Below, in pieces: positions 42,084 to 52,365 of a stretch of DNA of 64,000 bases. Location of the stretch: NCBI GenBank assembly GCA_963755915.1, contig CAVWLP010000002.1, positions 512,001 through 576,000 of the forward strand. The letters run 5' to 3'. This DNA comes from an uncultured Phycisphaerales bacterium (GTDB lineage: Bacteria; Planctomycetota; Phycisphaerae; Tepidisphaerales; Tepidisphaeraceae). A program made the translations under genes and the position numbers. The notes beneath the pieces were generated by a model that saw nothing but the letters and a program-made list of their open reading frames with translations, had not been told where the DNA came from and searched no databases. How positions within the stretch are numbered: the stretch's first letter is position 1; each line of letters begins with the position of its first letter.

Positions 42084-43550
42084 GTGAAATTTAAATCGGG
42101 CTGGTTGCTGGGTCTGACGGTTGCCGCGATGTTGCTGGCGGGCGATCCTATTGCGCGGGCGGACGCCGGGCACTATGGGTTTCAGGTCGGGCAGGATCGG
42201 GTTTACAAAATCGTAGTCACGCTGGACCTGCCGGATCACTCGCAGACGCACATCGATTATGTTGCGCTGCATCCCCAGTTGATCGATGCGGCCAGCGGGC
42301 AGACTTCTCTGACGTATGACTGGGGCGTGTCGAACAATATCACGAAATATGCGAATACGGGTGTGTCGGGAATGGGGGCGAATCCCGATTGGGTTTTCAA
42401 TTCTTCCTCAAATGGCGACACCACGGGGAAGCTGATCGTGATCGACGCGCAGGGGAAGCTTGTGCGGACGGACATCAAGGAGGAATCTGCGCAGTTGCCG
42501 GGGGAGCAGGGCCCGGCTTGGAGCTTGCCGCTGCAGCCGCTGCCGCCGGCCGGGCAGAGCGCCTGGAGCGAGCAGCGGCCGTTGAGGCTGTACGAAGACG
42601 ATTCTTCCGGTCCGGGGGGCTTTCCGTTTGGTCCGCCGGGATTCGGGGGGCCGAGATTTCCGCATCTTGTGAATCCGTTTGGACCGCCCCCGACGCGGGT
42701 GGAAACGACGGGGACTGAAAACATCAGTTACACCGCTTCGCAGGAGGGAAATCTCCTCACCGTGCAGCGGCATTACGATATGACCGCCCCGGCGGGATCC
42801 ACGGATATGCCCAACCAGCACGTTCACGGGGAGGGACAATATGTTTATGACCCTTCGCTCGGTTGCGTCAGGAGCTTGCAGTGGAACGTCACGATGGACC
42901 TGACTCTGAAAAATGTGAGTGTGTCGGTTCCAATCTCGGTAAACGCGGACCTGGTTTCGGCGGATGATCTGGCGAAATTCAAAGTCATCGCTGACGCCGA
43001 CAAAGCTGAGCAGGCGGAGTTGGACAAGGAACATGCGGCGTTGATCAACGACGAAATTAATCTCCCGCCGGACATGGAGACGACGCAGGCACTGGGCCGC
43101 ACCGACGGCGGCGGCCCGTTCTGCGCGGCCAGCATCAACCACAGTCCGGTGATTGGGTTCCGGATCAAGGTGGATTCATGGGGCGATCACTCGGCGTTCC
43201 CGGTGCTCGATCCGCTCTATTGGAAACCGGTGCCGCAGCCGAATGATCCAAAGACGGTGATCCTAATGGCGAAGGACGGTTATGCGGTTGCGTCGATGAC
43301 CATCAACGCGGGGAACGGAGTGAACGCGCTATGCGTGAGGTTTATGCGGATCGCGGGGGACAAGCTCGATCCGACCGACACCTACGTGAGCCACTGGTTT
43401 GGACATAAAGTGGGGGAAAAGCAAACCAAGCTGGGAGGGGATGGAAGATTCGTTTATGGTATCTACGGCCGAAAGGGATCGAATTACGATTATCTTGGCC
43501 TGGTGATGGCCAGCGGGTCAGATCAGCAGGTGGATGATTCGACGCATTGA
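42084..43550 (+). CDS. Secreted hypothetical protein with a possible C-terminal jacalin-like (beta-prism) domain
   Basis: Signal peptide; repeated GG..F / GYAV / VYGIYGRKG...GLV segments. Confidence 0.55.
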   Translation: MKFKSGWLLGLTVAAMLLAGDPIARADAGHYGFQVGQDRVYKIVVTLDLPDHSQTHIDYVALHPQLIDAASGQTSLTYDWGVSNNITKYANTGVSGMGANPDWVFNSSSNGDTTGKLIVIDAQGKLVRTDIKEESAQLPGEQGPAWSLPLQPLPPAGQSAWSEQRPLRLYEDDSSGPGGFPFGPPGFGGPRFPHLVNPFGPPPTRVETTGTENISYTASQEGNLLTVQRHYDMTAPAGSTDMPNQHVHGEGQYVYDPSLGCVRSLQWNVTMDLTLKNVSVSVPISVNADLVSADDLAKFKVIADADKAEQAELDKEHAALINDEINLPPDMETTQALGRTDGGGPFCAASINHSPVIGFRIKVDSWGDHSAFPVLDPLYWKPVPQPNDPKTVILMAKDGYAVASMTINAGNGVNALCVRFMRIAGDKLDPTDTYVSHWFGHKVGEKQTKLGGDGRFVYGIYGRKGSNYDYLGLVMASGSDQQVDDSTH

Positions 43551-43625
43551 ATGAACTGAACAGGTCGTGATGGGTGGTGGTCAGTTTGGGCTCCGTGTCG
43601 AAATACGAAATTCCCACGGCAGCGC

Positions 43626-43649
43626 GGTTCGACTGAGCTCACCGAAGTC
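43626..43649. mobile_element. 24-bp small dispersed repeat, copy 2
   Basis: GGTTCGACTGAGCTCACCGAAGTC inserted in the stem of a CCCACGGC..GCCGTGGG REP hairpin. Confidence 0.75.
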
Positions 43650-43697
43650 CGTGGGCGTTCCGGGAGCGAACTGATTCAGTAGCTCGCAATGAGTTAT

Positions 43698-45962
43698 TCA
43701 GGAATGGCGGGGCTCTACGCCGAGGAGGTTTCGGACGAGGAAATCCTGGCGGCGGCGGTCGCCGTAGGGGCCGTCCTGGCCGTGGTCGGCGTTGGGGATG
43801 ACCAGAAAATCGAAATCCTTGTTGGCCTTTTCCAGGGCGTTGACGACCTGCATTGTGGAGGCGGGATCGACGTTGTGATCGAGCTCGGCGACGATGAGCA
43901 GGAGCTTGCCTTTCATTTTGTAAGCGTTGGTGACGTTGGATTGCTCGGCATATTGGGGGCCGATGGGCCAGCCCATCCAGAGCTCGTTCCACCAGATTTT
44001 GTCCATGCGGTTATCGTGGCAGCCGCAGTCGGCGATGGCGACGGAATAGAAATCGTTGAAGGCTTCGAGTGCGCGGAGGGCGCTTTGTCCGCCGGCGGAG
44101 GTGCCGTAGATACCGACTCGGGTGAGGTCCATATACGGGTATTTTTGGGCGGCGGCTTTGATCCAGAGGATGCGGTCGGGAAAGCCGGCGTCGCCGAGGT
44201 TTTTCCAGCAGACATCGTGGAAGGCGTGGGAGCGGTTGTTGGTGCCCATGCCGTCGATTTTCACGACGATGAACCCGAGCTCGGCGATGGCCTGCTCTGG
44301 ATGGAATCGCGAAAAGGCCTTGGGGACGAAGGAATCCTGCGGGCCGGCGTAAATGTCTTCGACGACGGGATACTTGATGGAAGGGTCGAAATTGGTTGGG
44401 CGGAAAATCACGCCAAAGATGTCGGTCTTTCCGTCGCGGGCCTTGGCGACGAAGCGCTGCGGAATTTTCCAGCCGGTTTTCAGGAGCTCGGTCCACTGGG
44501 CGCGCTCGAGGGGGCAGAGGAGTTTGCCGTCGGAAACGCGGCGCAGTTCGTTGACGGGGGGCATGTCGACGCGGGACCAGGTGTCGATGATGAAACGGTG
44601 ATCGGGGGAATATTCAATCGAGTGGGTGCCGTCGCCGTCGGTGAGGTTGACCAGGCCGGTGCCGTCGAAGTTGATGCGGCAATATTGAATGTAATAGGGG
44701 TCTTGATCGGGAAAGATTCCACCGGCGTGGAACCAGATCTGGCGATTTTTTTCGTCGACGGAATCGACGCCGCGCACGACCCACTGGCCGCGGGTGATCT
44801 GGTTTTTGACCTGGCCGGTGTGGGCGTCGTAGAGATAAAGATGGTTCCAGCCGTCGCGTTCTGACATCCAGATCATTTCGCCGGTGGCGGGGAAATAGCG
44901 GTAGAAGAGGTGGGAGTCGTAATCGATGAAGGTTTTGCTCTGTTCGTCAATGACGGCGGAGGCGGCGCCGGTGTGGGCGTCGACGGCGATAACGCGGAGG
45001 ACCTGGTGGCCGCGCTGGTTGTAGACGAAGGTGAAGCGGGAGGAATCGGGGTCCCAATTAAAACCGTCGACGGACCAGGGATTGGGGAAGAGGTCGCCCG
45101 TGACGTGGATTTCGCTGTGGGTGGGGATGTCGAAGAGATGCGGCTTTGTAAGGGGGATTTGATCGCCGGGCTTGAGGTATTCGTACCAGAGAAGGCGGGG
45201 CTGCAATTGGTCGGGGGGAGAGGATTGGATGAGATAGACCTTGCGATGGTCGCCGTCGTGGGTCCAGAGGGCGAGGAGTTTTGTGGAGTCTGGGGACCAG
45301 AGGAAATCACCGGTATAGCCGTCGCCGGGTTTACCGGCCTGAGAGAGGATGATGCGGTCGTGATTTTTCAGGGAGCGGAGGACGACGTTGCCACCCACGA
45401 TGACGGCCTCCCACTGGCCGTCGGGGGAATCGGGGTTGAAATCGGTCTCCAACTCCGCGGGCATATCTTCGGGTTGCAACTGGCGCTGGGTGGTGGAACG
45501 AAGCGATGTGGGAGAGGTGTTGGAAACAGGGGAGAGGGTTTTTGCGGTGCGGTCGTAGCTCCAGAGTTTTCCCTCTGCCATGAAGCGGACGGATCGATCG
45601 GAATCGGTGAAGGCGATGGGGTCGGGATCGACGTCAGCGGCGGCGAATTTCATTCCGGTGGCCTGGGAGAGCCGAAGGGCCAAATCGGTAGGGTCGAAGG
45701 CGAGCTGGCGCGTGCCGGCAGCGGCATTGACGACATAATATTCGTGCTCGCCGGAGGAGGTGGCGATGCGATACCAAAACTGGTTGTTCTGGTCGAACCA
45801 ATGAGGCTGAACACGGAAGCGGAAGACCTTGTTGCGGGTGAGGTCGGCGAGATGATCGGCGCGCTGGTAGTCCTGGAGCGAACCGCCGGCGAGGGCGGAG
45901 CTGACGAAGAGAAAGAGGATCAGCGCGATCAACTTCACGGAGTGAAGGGTTCGATGGTGCAT
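43698..45962 (-). CDS. S9B dipeptidyl-peptidase IV family serine peptidase
   Basis: Signal peptide, beta-propeller, IYAGP, GTSAGG nucleophile, DHNVDP and His in ADHG. Confidence 0.92.
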   Translation of the reverse strand: MHHRTLHSVKLIALILFLFVSSALAGGSLQDYQRADHLADLTRNKVFRFRVQPHWFDQNNQFWYRIATSSGEHEYYVVNAAAGTRQLAFDPTDLALRLSQATGMKFAAADVDPDPIAFTDSDRSVRFMAEGKLWSYDRTAKTLSPVSNTSPTSLRSTTQRQLQPEDMPAELETDFNPDSPDGQWEAVIVGGNVVLRSLKNHDRIILSQAGKPGDGYTGDFLWSPDSTKLLALWTHDGDHRKVYLIQSSPPDQLQPRLLWYEYLKPGDQIPLTKPHLFDIPTHSEIHVTGDLFPNPWSVDGFNWDPDSSRFTFVYNQRGHQVLRVIAVDAHTGAASAVIDEQSKTFIDYDSHLFYRYFPATGEMIWMSERDGWNHLYLYDAHTGQVKNQITRGQWVVRGVDSVDEKNRQIWFHAGGIFPDQDPYYIQYCRINFDGTGLVNLTDGDGTHSIEYSPDHRFIIDTWSRVDMPPVNELRRVSDGKLLCPLERAQWTELLKTGWKIPQRFVAKARDGKTDIFGVIFRPTNFDPSIKYPVVEDIYAGPQDSFVPKAFSRFHPEQAIAELGFIVVKIDGMGTNNRSHAFHDVCWKNLGDAGFPDRILWIKAAAQKYPYMDLTRVGIYGTSAGGQSALRALEAFNDFYSVAIADCGCHDNRMDKIWWNELWMGWPIGPQYAEQSNVTNAYKMKGKLLLIVAELDHNVDPASTMQVVNALEKANKDFDFLVIPNADHGQDGPYGDRRRQDFLVRNLLGVEPRHS

Positions 45963-46287
45963 AGGAGGCAGCCTTGTTTGGAGAGGGCAATCGCGTTTGG
46001 ACTGATTGCGGATAGTGAATGAGGTTTTGGGGAGGGCATGTCCGAAGATGTCCGAAAGTGCCCGGGATTTGAGCGCGAGTTATTTTTTCCCTGAGCTGGG
46101 TTTGGTGAGCCGGGGAAGATTGCAGCGGAATATGTGTCGAAGATAAGGTGCATCTATATACAGGTCCAAAAGGTGTACGTTTTGTACCTATTTTCGGGAA
46201 ATCGGCGGATTTTTTTGAAAATTTTTTGGGAGCGCATGCAGAGGGGCGGCGAGGGGGATCGCGTGGGGCATGAAATTTTTCTCACTG

Positions 46288-46325
46288 CCCTCACCCCGCC
46301 CTCTCCCGGAGTACCGGGCGAGGGG
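46288..46325. repeat. REP-like palindrome
   Basis: CCCTCACCCCGCCCTCTCCCGGAGTACCGGGCGAGGGG; same family as 11164-11202. Confidence 0.75.
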
Positions 46326-46908
46326 GTAAGAGGGAAGCGGCGGTGGCGGCGATGCAAGGGGGGTAGGATAGCGACTGCGGTGTGGGCGGGTGGCGGGAAG
46401 GACCCAAAAACAAAGCAGTCTACAAAAGATGTGTCGCCTTGTGGAAAGATGCTTTTGGGGGTTGATTGTGGGCGAAGCTAAAGAAACCTGATCTGGCTGG
46501 CAGAAGCGGTCTCAGGAGCGTGGTCGCACAATGTTGCGATTTGGGAGATTTTCTATAGTGCAAGGGGGAGAGGCCGAGGCGATCGGCAACGGACTTTTCT
46601 GTCGCATTTCATTCCATCGATGTCGCGTCCGTAGAAGCAACAATCTGAAAAAATAGCGCAGATTATCGTTGAACTCGGATGGGGCGGATTTAAATTAACC
46701 CTTGTCGCGTCGGGGTTTGCGATCTCCGGCGCGGGTGGACCGTTTGTATCTCCACCAGGAGGCGGAGCGAGTTTCGACCCATCACGGTTGCGATTCGCAT
46801 GATGTGCCGCTTCTGGGGTTTTTCGAGGGTCCAAACGGGTTTTCGCGGGAGCAATTTGCAGGAGCGAGATCAGAAGGATTTTCGCGCATGTTACAGGAGG
46901 GTTTTGCG

Positions 46909-47784
46909 ATGAAGAGAAATCAATTGTTGTGTGGCAGCGTGCTCGCCGGCGTTGCGGCGGTTTTTGTGCCGATGCGGGCGGCTCATGCAGCATTGTACGG
47001 AAACTTCGTGGGGCCAAATCTTACGTACACGAACGTGACGGAAAACGATTCGGAGCTATCGGGCAACCCGCCGGTGGAATCGATTCCGGCGCAGGCGCTT
47101 TTCGGGCCGCCGGTTCTTTCGCCGTCGAACAGCGACAACCTTTCGTTCAACGATATGTCATTCGCGGCGGAAGCCGCGGATGGGGGGCTTGAATATCAGA
47201 ATGGCGAGTTGACGTTTGGGGTGGTGCCTTCTTCGCCGGGGAAAGCGCTGACCGCGCTCTCCTTCACAGAAGGGGGTCAGTGGACGATCGAGGGACCCGC
47301 GGGCGACGCGGTTTCATTTGATTCGCTGGTTTTCGACAATCTGCTGATTACGGGGGTGAACGGGACGCCGCTGGCGACGCCGATCGTGGTAGCGCCCGAC
47401 TACGGGGCACCCTCGTTCCAGCAGCTTGACGGCCCGCCTCCACTGGTCACTTTCACGCCCGGTGCTGGTAATCTGACGATTACTTCCGCGGGCGGGACGG
47501 GAATCGCGGTGGGTACTTGGAACATTACCGCCAGCTTCGATCTGCAGGCGGCGGTGGGCATTGGGGACGTCGTCACCAGCATTACGGTGGCGCTAGACGA
47601 TGCTTTGCAGGCTACGACGACGGATGTACCTGGCACCACGACTTTCGCGGAAATCGACAAGAAGGAATTCTACGTGAACGGTGGAACGACGCCGTTTCAG
47701 AGCGGTGTTCCGGAGCCGGGAACATTGTCGATTCTCGCGTGCGGTGGGCTGCTGCTGGGCCGCCGGCGGCGGGCATCGCGATAA
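46909..47784 (+). CDS. PEP-CTERM sorting domain surface protein
   Basis: AGGAGG RBS, signal peptide, C-terminal VPEPGTLSILACGGLLLGRRRR. Confidence 0.9.
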   Translation: MKRNQLLCGSVLAGVAAVFVPMRAAHAALYGNFVGPNLTYTNVTENDSELSGNPPVESIPAQALFGPPVLSPSNSDNLSFNDMSFAAEAADGGLEYQNGELTFGVVPSSPGKALTALSFTEGGQWTIEGPAGDAVSFDSLVFDNLLITGVNGTPLATPIVVAPDYGAPSFQQLDGPPPLVTFTPGAGNLTITSAGGTGIAVGTWNITASFDLQAAVGIGDVVTSITVALDDALQATTTDVPGTTTFAEIDKKEFYVNGGTTPFQSGVPEPGTLSILACGGLLLGRRRRASR

Positions 47785-47838
47785 TCTCCGCGAATTTGGG
47801 TGGTGGGTCAGTTTGGGCTATGTGTCCAATGCGAAATC

Positions 47839-47867
47839 CCCACGGCGGCGCCGTGGGCGTTCCCGGG
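47839..47867. repeat. REP-like hairpin
   Basis: CCCACGGCGGCGCCGTGGGCGTTCCCGGG, the same family as 29406. Confidence 0.8.
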
Positions 47868-47966
47868 ACGGAACTAATCCAATACCGGATTTGTCAGTTT
47901 TCATAAAGATTGCAGCCATCGAATTCGATTGGAAAATCGGGGGTTTGCGCTTATCCTGCCGGGCTC

Positions 47967-48732
47967 ATGGGCGCGGCGGACTTTAAGCTGGATGGATTGA
48001 CGGCGCTGGTTAGCGGATGCAGCAAGGGCATCGGCAGGGAGCTGGCGGTTGGGCTGGCGCAGGCGGGGGCGGATATCGTGGGGGTGAGTTCAACACTTGC
48101 GGAATCGGGCAGCGAAGTTGAACGGGAAGTGCGAGCGACGGGGCGGAAATTCAGGGGGTATTCCTGCGATTTCAGCAAGAGGAAATCACTTTACGAATTC
48201 ATCGAGAAGATTCGTCGCGATGGGCATCGGATTGATATTCTGATCAACAACGCGGGGATCATCCGGCGGAAGCCGGCGGCGGAGTATCCGGATGAGTTCT
48301 GGGACGAAGTGATGGAGGTGAACCTGGACTCGCAGTTTGTGCTGAGCCGGGAGATCGGGCGGGAAATGATCGCACGGGGATGGGGACGGATCGTTTTCAT
48401 GGCATCGGTGCTGACGTTTCAGGGGGGAGTAAACGTGGCGGGTTATGCGGCGAGCAAAGGGGCGATCGGATCGCTGGTGAAGGCGCTGGCGAACGAATGG
48501 GCAGGCAAAGGCGTGAACGTGAACGCGATTGCGCCGGGGTATATCGCGACGGACAACACGGCGCCGCTGCGCGGATGAGAATCGCAGCCGGGCAATCCTG
48601 GAGCGGATTCCGGCCGGGCGATGGGGCAAGCCGGAGGACCTGGTCGGGCCGGCGGTGTTTTTGTGCAGCCCGGCGGGTGCGTATGTACACGGTACAATTC
48701 TGACGGTGGATGGCGGGTGGATGGGTCGATAA
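47967..48732 (+). CDS. kduD: 2-dehydro-3-deoxy-D-gluconate 5-dehydrogenase; frameshift near 48572
   Basis: [39 protein letters not shown] and VDGGW motifs; next to kduI. Confidence 0.9.
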
Positions 48733-48759
48733 ACCGCCAAGCGAAGCGAGGAGCAACCA

Positions 48760-50100
48760 GTGACATCATCGAATACTGCGGAGCTGCCGGCCCAAGAGCG
48801 TCATTCGCCTCATGGGCATGCTCGGTGGAAGATCTGCGCCATCCTTTTTGGCGCAATCGTGCTGATCTACATTCACCGCAACGTCGTTTCGGTTTTGAAC
48901 GGCGACACGTTCGCCCGGGTGTATGGATGGAACAGCATTACCTTCGGAAATATCGGGATGGCGTTCACGGCGGGGTACGCAATCGGCCTGGTGGGGGCGG
49001 GCCGATTTCTCGACCGGGTCGGGGTTCGGCGCGGATTTCTGGTTGCAGCCGTCATCTGGACGGTCGTGGCGATGGGTCACGGCCTGGTGTCGAAGCTGCC
49101 GGCGGGGTCGGCGCTGTCGGGATTCCTGGTAGCACGATTCGTTTTGGGGATTTTTGAAGGAGCTTTTTTCCCGGCGTCGATCCGCTCGGTGGCGGAATGG
49201 TTTCCGAAAAGCGAACGAGCATTTGCCACGGGCGTGTTCAATGCGGGAAGTGCACTGGGCGCACTGCTTTCACCGCTGGTGGTGCCGTATATCGCCGCGG
49301 CGTGGGGATGGCCGGCAGCGTTTTACCTGGCGGGCGGGCTGGGAATCATTTGGGTGGTCATCTGGATCGCGTTTTACCGTGCGCCCGAGGAATATCCGAG
49401 CCTGACGGGCGAGGAATTGGATTACATCCGCAGCGACCAGGAGCCGCGCGTTAAAGGGCTGCCGTGGAAGAAGATCATCGGATATCGGCAGACGTGGGCG
49501 TTTGCGCTGGGAAAATTCGTGACCGATCCGATCTGGTGGTTCTACATTTTCTGGCTGCCGCTGTTTTTGAACAGTCATTTCAAAGTCGACCTGAAGCACT
49601 TCGGCCCCCCGCTGGTGATCGTTTACCTGATGGCCGATGGAGGCAGCGTGGCTGGCGGGTGGCTTTCGTCGCACTTTCTGCGGCGCGGGTGGAGTGTGAA
49701 CGCGGGAAGAAAGACGGCGATGCTGATTTGCGCGGTGTGCGTGGTGCCGGTGCTATTCGTGGCCAGCATTCACAATATGTGGATCGCGATCGTGCTGATC
49801 GGCCTGGCGGCGGCGGCGCACCAGGGGTGGTCGGCAAATCTGTTTACGCTGGCCTCCGACATGGCACCGAAGGCGGCTGTCAGCTCGGTGGTGGGACTGG
49901 GCGGAATGGCGGGCGCCATTGGGGGAGTGCTCTATCAGCAGTTTGTCGGGCAGGTGGTGAATCGCACGCACGCGTACGTCATTCCGTTTGCGGTTGCGGG
50001 GCTGGCGTATGTGTCGGTGCTCATTATCATTCACCTGATGCTGCCTCGATTGGAACCGATGCAGTTGGCTGAGTCGGACCTTTCTTCGGCCGGCACATGA
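48760..50100 (+). CDS. exuT: MFS hexuronate transporter (ExuT-like)
   Basis: AEWFPKSERAFATG, TDPIWWFYIFWLP and AHQGWSANL motifs. Confidence 0.85.
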   Translation: MTSSNTAELPAQERHSPHGHARWKICAILFGAIVLIYIHRNVVSVLNGDTFARVYGWNSITFGNIGMAFTAGYAIGLVGAGRFLDRVGVRRGFLVAAVIWTVVAMGHGLVSKLPAGSALSGFLVARFVLGIFEGAFFPASIRSVAEWFPKSERAFATGVFNAGSALGALLSPLVVPYIAAAWGWPAAFYLAGGLGIIWVVIWIAFYRAPEEYPSLTGEELDYIRSDQEPRVKGLPWKKIIGYRQTWAFALGKFVTDPIWWFYIFWLPLFLNSHFKVDLKHFGPPLVIVYLMADGGSVAGGWLSSHFLRRGWSVNAGRKTAMLICAVCVVPVLFVASIHNMWIAIVLIGLAAAAHQGWSANLFTLASDMAPKAAVSSVVGLGGMAGAIGGVLYQQFVGQVVNRTHAYVIPFAVAGLAYVSVLIIIHLMLPRLEPMQLAESDLSSAGT

Positions 50101-50116
50101 AAGTCGGGGCATTGGT

Positions 50117-50950
50117 ATGAAAACTCGAAATGTCGCCGATCAGGAGCGCTATCAGCGGATGACCACGCAGGAGCTGCGGGAATCGTTCCTGGTGGAGAGC
50201 CTGTTTCAGCCGGACGTGGTGGAACTGGTTTATACAGATGTGGATCGGGCGGTGATCGGGTCGGTGGTGCCGACAGAATCGAAAATTGCGCTGGGGACGA
50301 GCAAGGCACAGCTCGCGGCGGAATATTTCGCGGAGCGGAGGGAAGTCGGGATCATCAACACGGGGTCGCCGGGGGCGGTTGTCGTGGATGGGAAGACGTT
50401 CGCGATGGACAACTGCGACGGGCTTTACATCGGGCGCGGGAGCAAGCGGATCGAATTCGAAAGTGGAAAGGCGCAGGACCCCGCGAAATTTTTTCTGATG
50501 AGCTATCCCGCTCACACGAGCTATCCGACGACCCACGCGAAGCGGGCACAGGCGGAGACCGTGAACCTGGGCTCACTGAAAGACGCGAATCAGCGAACGA
50601 TTTATAAATATATTCATCCGAAGGGAATCGCGAGTTGCCAGCTTGTGATGGGCTTTACGCAATTGAAGGAGGGAAGCATCTGGAACACGATGCCGCCGCA
50701 TACGCATTCGCGGAGGACGGAGGTTTATCTTTATTTCAACCTGGATGCGTCGGCGCGGGTGTTTCATATGATGGGGACGCCGCACGAAACGCGGCATTTG
50801 GTGGTGAAGAGCGGGCAGGCGGTGATCTCGCCGAGCTGGTCCATACATGCAGGGGCGGGGACGCAGAATTACAGTTTCGTATGGGCGATGGGCGGGGAGA
50901 ATCAGGCGTTTGAGGATATGGATCAGGTGGCGGTCGGGGAGCTGAAATAA
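50117..50950 (+). CDS. kduI: 5-dehydro-4-deoxy-D-glucuronate isomerase
   Basis: ERREVG, CQLVMG, WNTMPPHTH, SPSWSIH and GGENQ motifs. Confidence 0.96.
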   Translation: MKTRNVADQERYQRMTTQELRESFLVESLFQPDVVELVYTDVDRAVIGSVVPTESKIALGTSKAQLAAEYFAERREVGIINTGSPGAVVVDGKTFAMDNCDGLYIGRGSKRIEFESGKAQDPAKFFLMSYPAHTSYPTTHAKRAQAETVNLGSLKDANQRTIYKYIHPKGIASCQLVMGFTQLKEGSIWNTMPPHTHSRRTEVYLYFNLDASARVFHMMGTPHETRHLVVKSGQAVISPSWSIHAGAGTQNYSFVWAMGGENQAFEDMDQVAVGELK

Positions 50951-50958
50951 GTGAAAAA

Positions 50959-51000
50959 CTCGGCAGGCAGGACTCGAACCTGCAACCAGCCGGTTAACAG
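50959..51000 (-). tRNA. 3' half of tRNA-Asn(GTT); att-site duplication, not a complete tRNA
   Basis: Minus strand CTGTTAA CCGGC TGGTT GCAGG TTCGAGT CCTGC CTGCCGA G. The 5' anticodon stem and D-arm are absent. Confidence 0.85.
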
Positions 51001-51580
51001 GCTCGGTCTGGGCGACGCCGGAAAGCCTGAAAAACCAAGGATTTTCAAGCATTTTACCCTTCTGAAACCCAAATGCAATCGCATTTAAAAATACGCATTC
51101 CTACTTAAAAAACGTCAGTATTTCGAACTGGCTTCCGTAAATACGGAGGCCATATCGACCGGCCATCTAAGACGAAGCAACGTTGTTTTGGGTGTAGGTG
51201 ATCCCTGCGACACAAATGACTTTAATTTCGTTTTTGAACTTCCGCTGCTGATGGACACCGTGTCCGGCCACCCCCTGCTGCGTTTCTCCGCTAAATTTCC
51301 GCTCTTTTTGCGCAATGATACTAAAGCGGTTCCGATTGCCATCAGCGGTCGTCACTTTCCTGTTTTTGTCGTTCCATTTTCACCGCCCTACTGGGCAAAG
51401 GAGATTCAGCGCGAACGTTGAAGACCTGACTTAGCTATTGGACTCGTAGGGCCCGATCGACCGCCTAACCGTGTCATCGGGCCATTTCTATCTCGCCTCC
51501 GCACGTGCGGGGGCGGCTTTGTTTTCACAACAAGGCCGTCCCCCCACGGGGACGGTCCCCACCAAGAAAGGACCCTCCCA

Positions 51581-52048
51581 ATGAGTGCTGTTTTATCCAC
51601 ACCTGCCTCCTGGCAGGCAGGATTTGTTGCTGTGCTGCCGGCAATTGAAAACCATGCCCGAATTCGATTCCGATATCTGCGACCCGAGCGTCGCCAAGAG
51701 GCCATTCAGGAGGCGATCGCATCGGCCTGCTGCTCGTATCGCCGGTTGGCGGCCCAAGGGATGTTGCACCGCGCCACGGCCAGCACATTGGCAAAGTTCG
51801 CCATTCGGGCAGTTCGCGGAAGTCGCCATGTCGGGGGAACCCAGGAGAAGCTCAATGATGTGCTCTCCCCCGTCGCCCAGCGCCACCACGGCTTCCAGGA
51901 CGTGACCCATCGAGCCAGATCGTCCAGCACCAAAGGCGAAGGCTGGCTTGCTGAGGCGATTCCCCACCCGATCCGAGAGGAACGGGTGCCGACGGGACCG
52001 CATCCGACCAGCCGAAAGTTGAAGCCACGGCAAGCGAACATCGTCTAA
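51581..52048 (+). CDS. Hypothetical sigma-factor-like protein, probably truncated
   Basis: FVAVLPAIENHARIRFRYL...RQEAIQEAIA resembles a sigma region-2-like helix pattern; the C-terminus looks degenerate. Confidence 0.45.
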   Translation: MSAVLSTPASWQAGFVAVLPAIENHARIRFRYLRPERRQEAIQEAIASACCSYRRLAAQGMLHRATASTLAKFAIRAVRGSRHVGGTQEKLNDVLSPVAQRHHGFQDVTHRARSSSTKGEGWLAEAIPHPIREERVPTGPHPTSRKLKPRQANIV

Positions 52049-52184
52049 CCGCTGGGCGTGGCGCTCCTGCTCACGCCGGGGCGCAGCCATCATTCCGCGC
52101 AGGGGCGGGCGACCGAGGATATCACGGGTTATTTGAATCGAACGATGAAGATGATTAACCACCTAATTCCGAAGGACCCGATCG

Positions 52185-52312
52185 TGGCATCAAACACAAA
52201 CTCTGTTCATCACCGCCAGCAGGAAAGCCTCTATCATGCGCTCGGGCCATTGATCGCCGACGCGCTGGCGCAGCCCGACGTAGTGGAGATCATGGCCAAT
52301 CCCGACGGCAAA
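52185..52312 (+). pseudogene. N-terminal fragment of P-type conjugative ATPase TrbB
   Basis: RQQESLYHALGPLIADALAQPDVVEIMANPDGK, then an abrupt loss of similarity; no Walker A. Confidence 0.7.
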
Positions 52313-52365
52313 GCGCGCGATCGATTAACGTTGCGAGTCGGGCTCGGTATGATATCTTTTCTGCC

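Noticed and set aside
762-46022. Long antisense and alternative-frame ORFs (e.g. 762-2114, 6026-7255, 12283-13194, 39936-41081, 43689-44864, 44910-46022)
   Set aside because: They are shadows of real high-GC genes and have no recognisable motifs.
45963-46908. ncRNA or small gene in the long peptidase / PEP-CTERM intergenic region
   Set aside because: Only AT-rich patches and one REP are visible; no convincing ORF or RNA motif.
3636-48732. Numerous frameshifted genes (MOSC, DUF1559, ABC permease and binding protein, sucD, aminotransferase, NB-ARC, purL, kduD) as pseudogenes or programmed frameshifts
   Set aside because: They are 1-2 bp indels, often in G/C runs or GC dinucleotides, and they hit housekeeping genes that are otherwise intact. 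Uncorrected long-read error is the simplest explanation.
50959-51030. Complete tRNA-Asn gene
   Set aside because: The upstream sequence cannot form the anticodon stem, D-arm or acceptor 5' strand.
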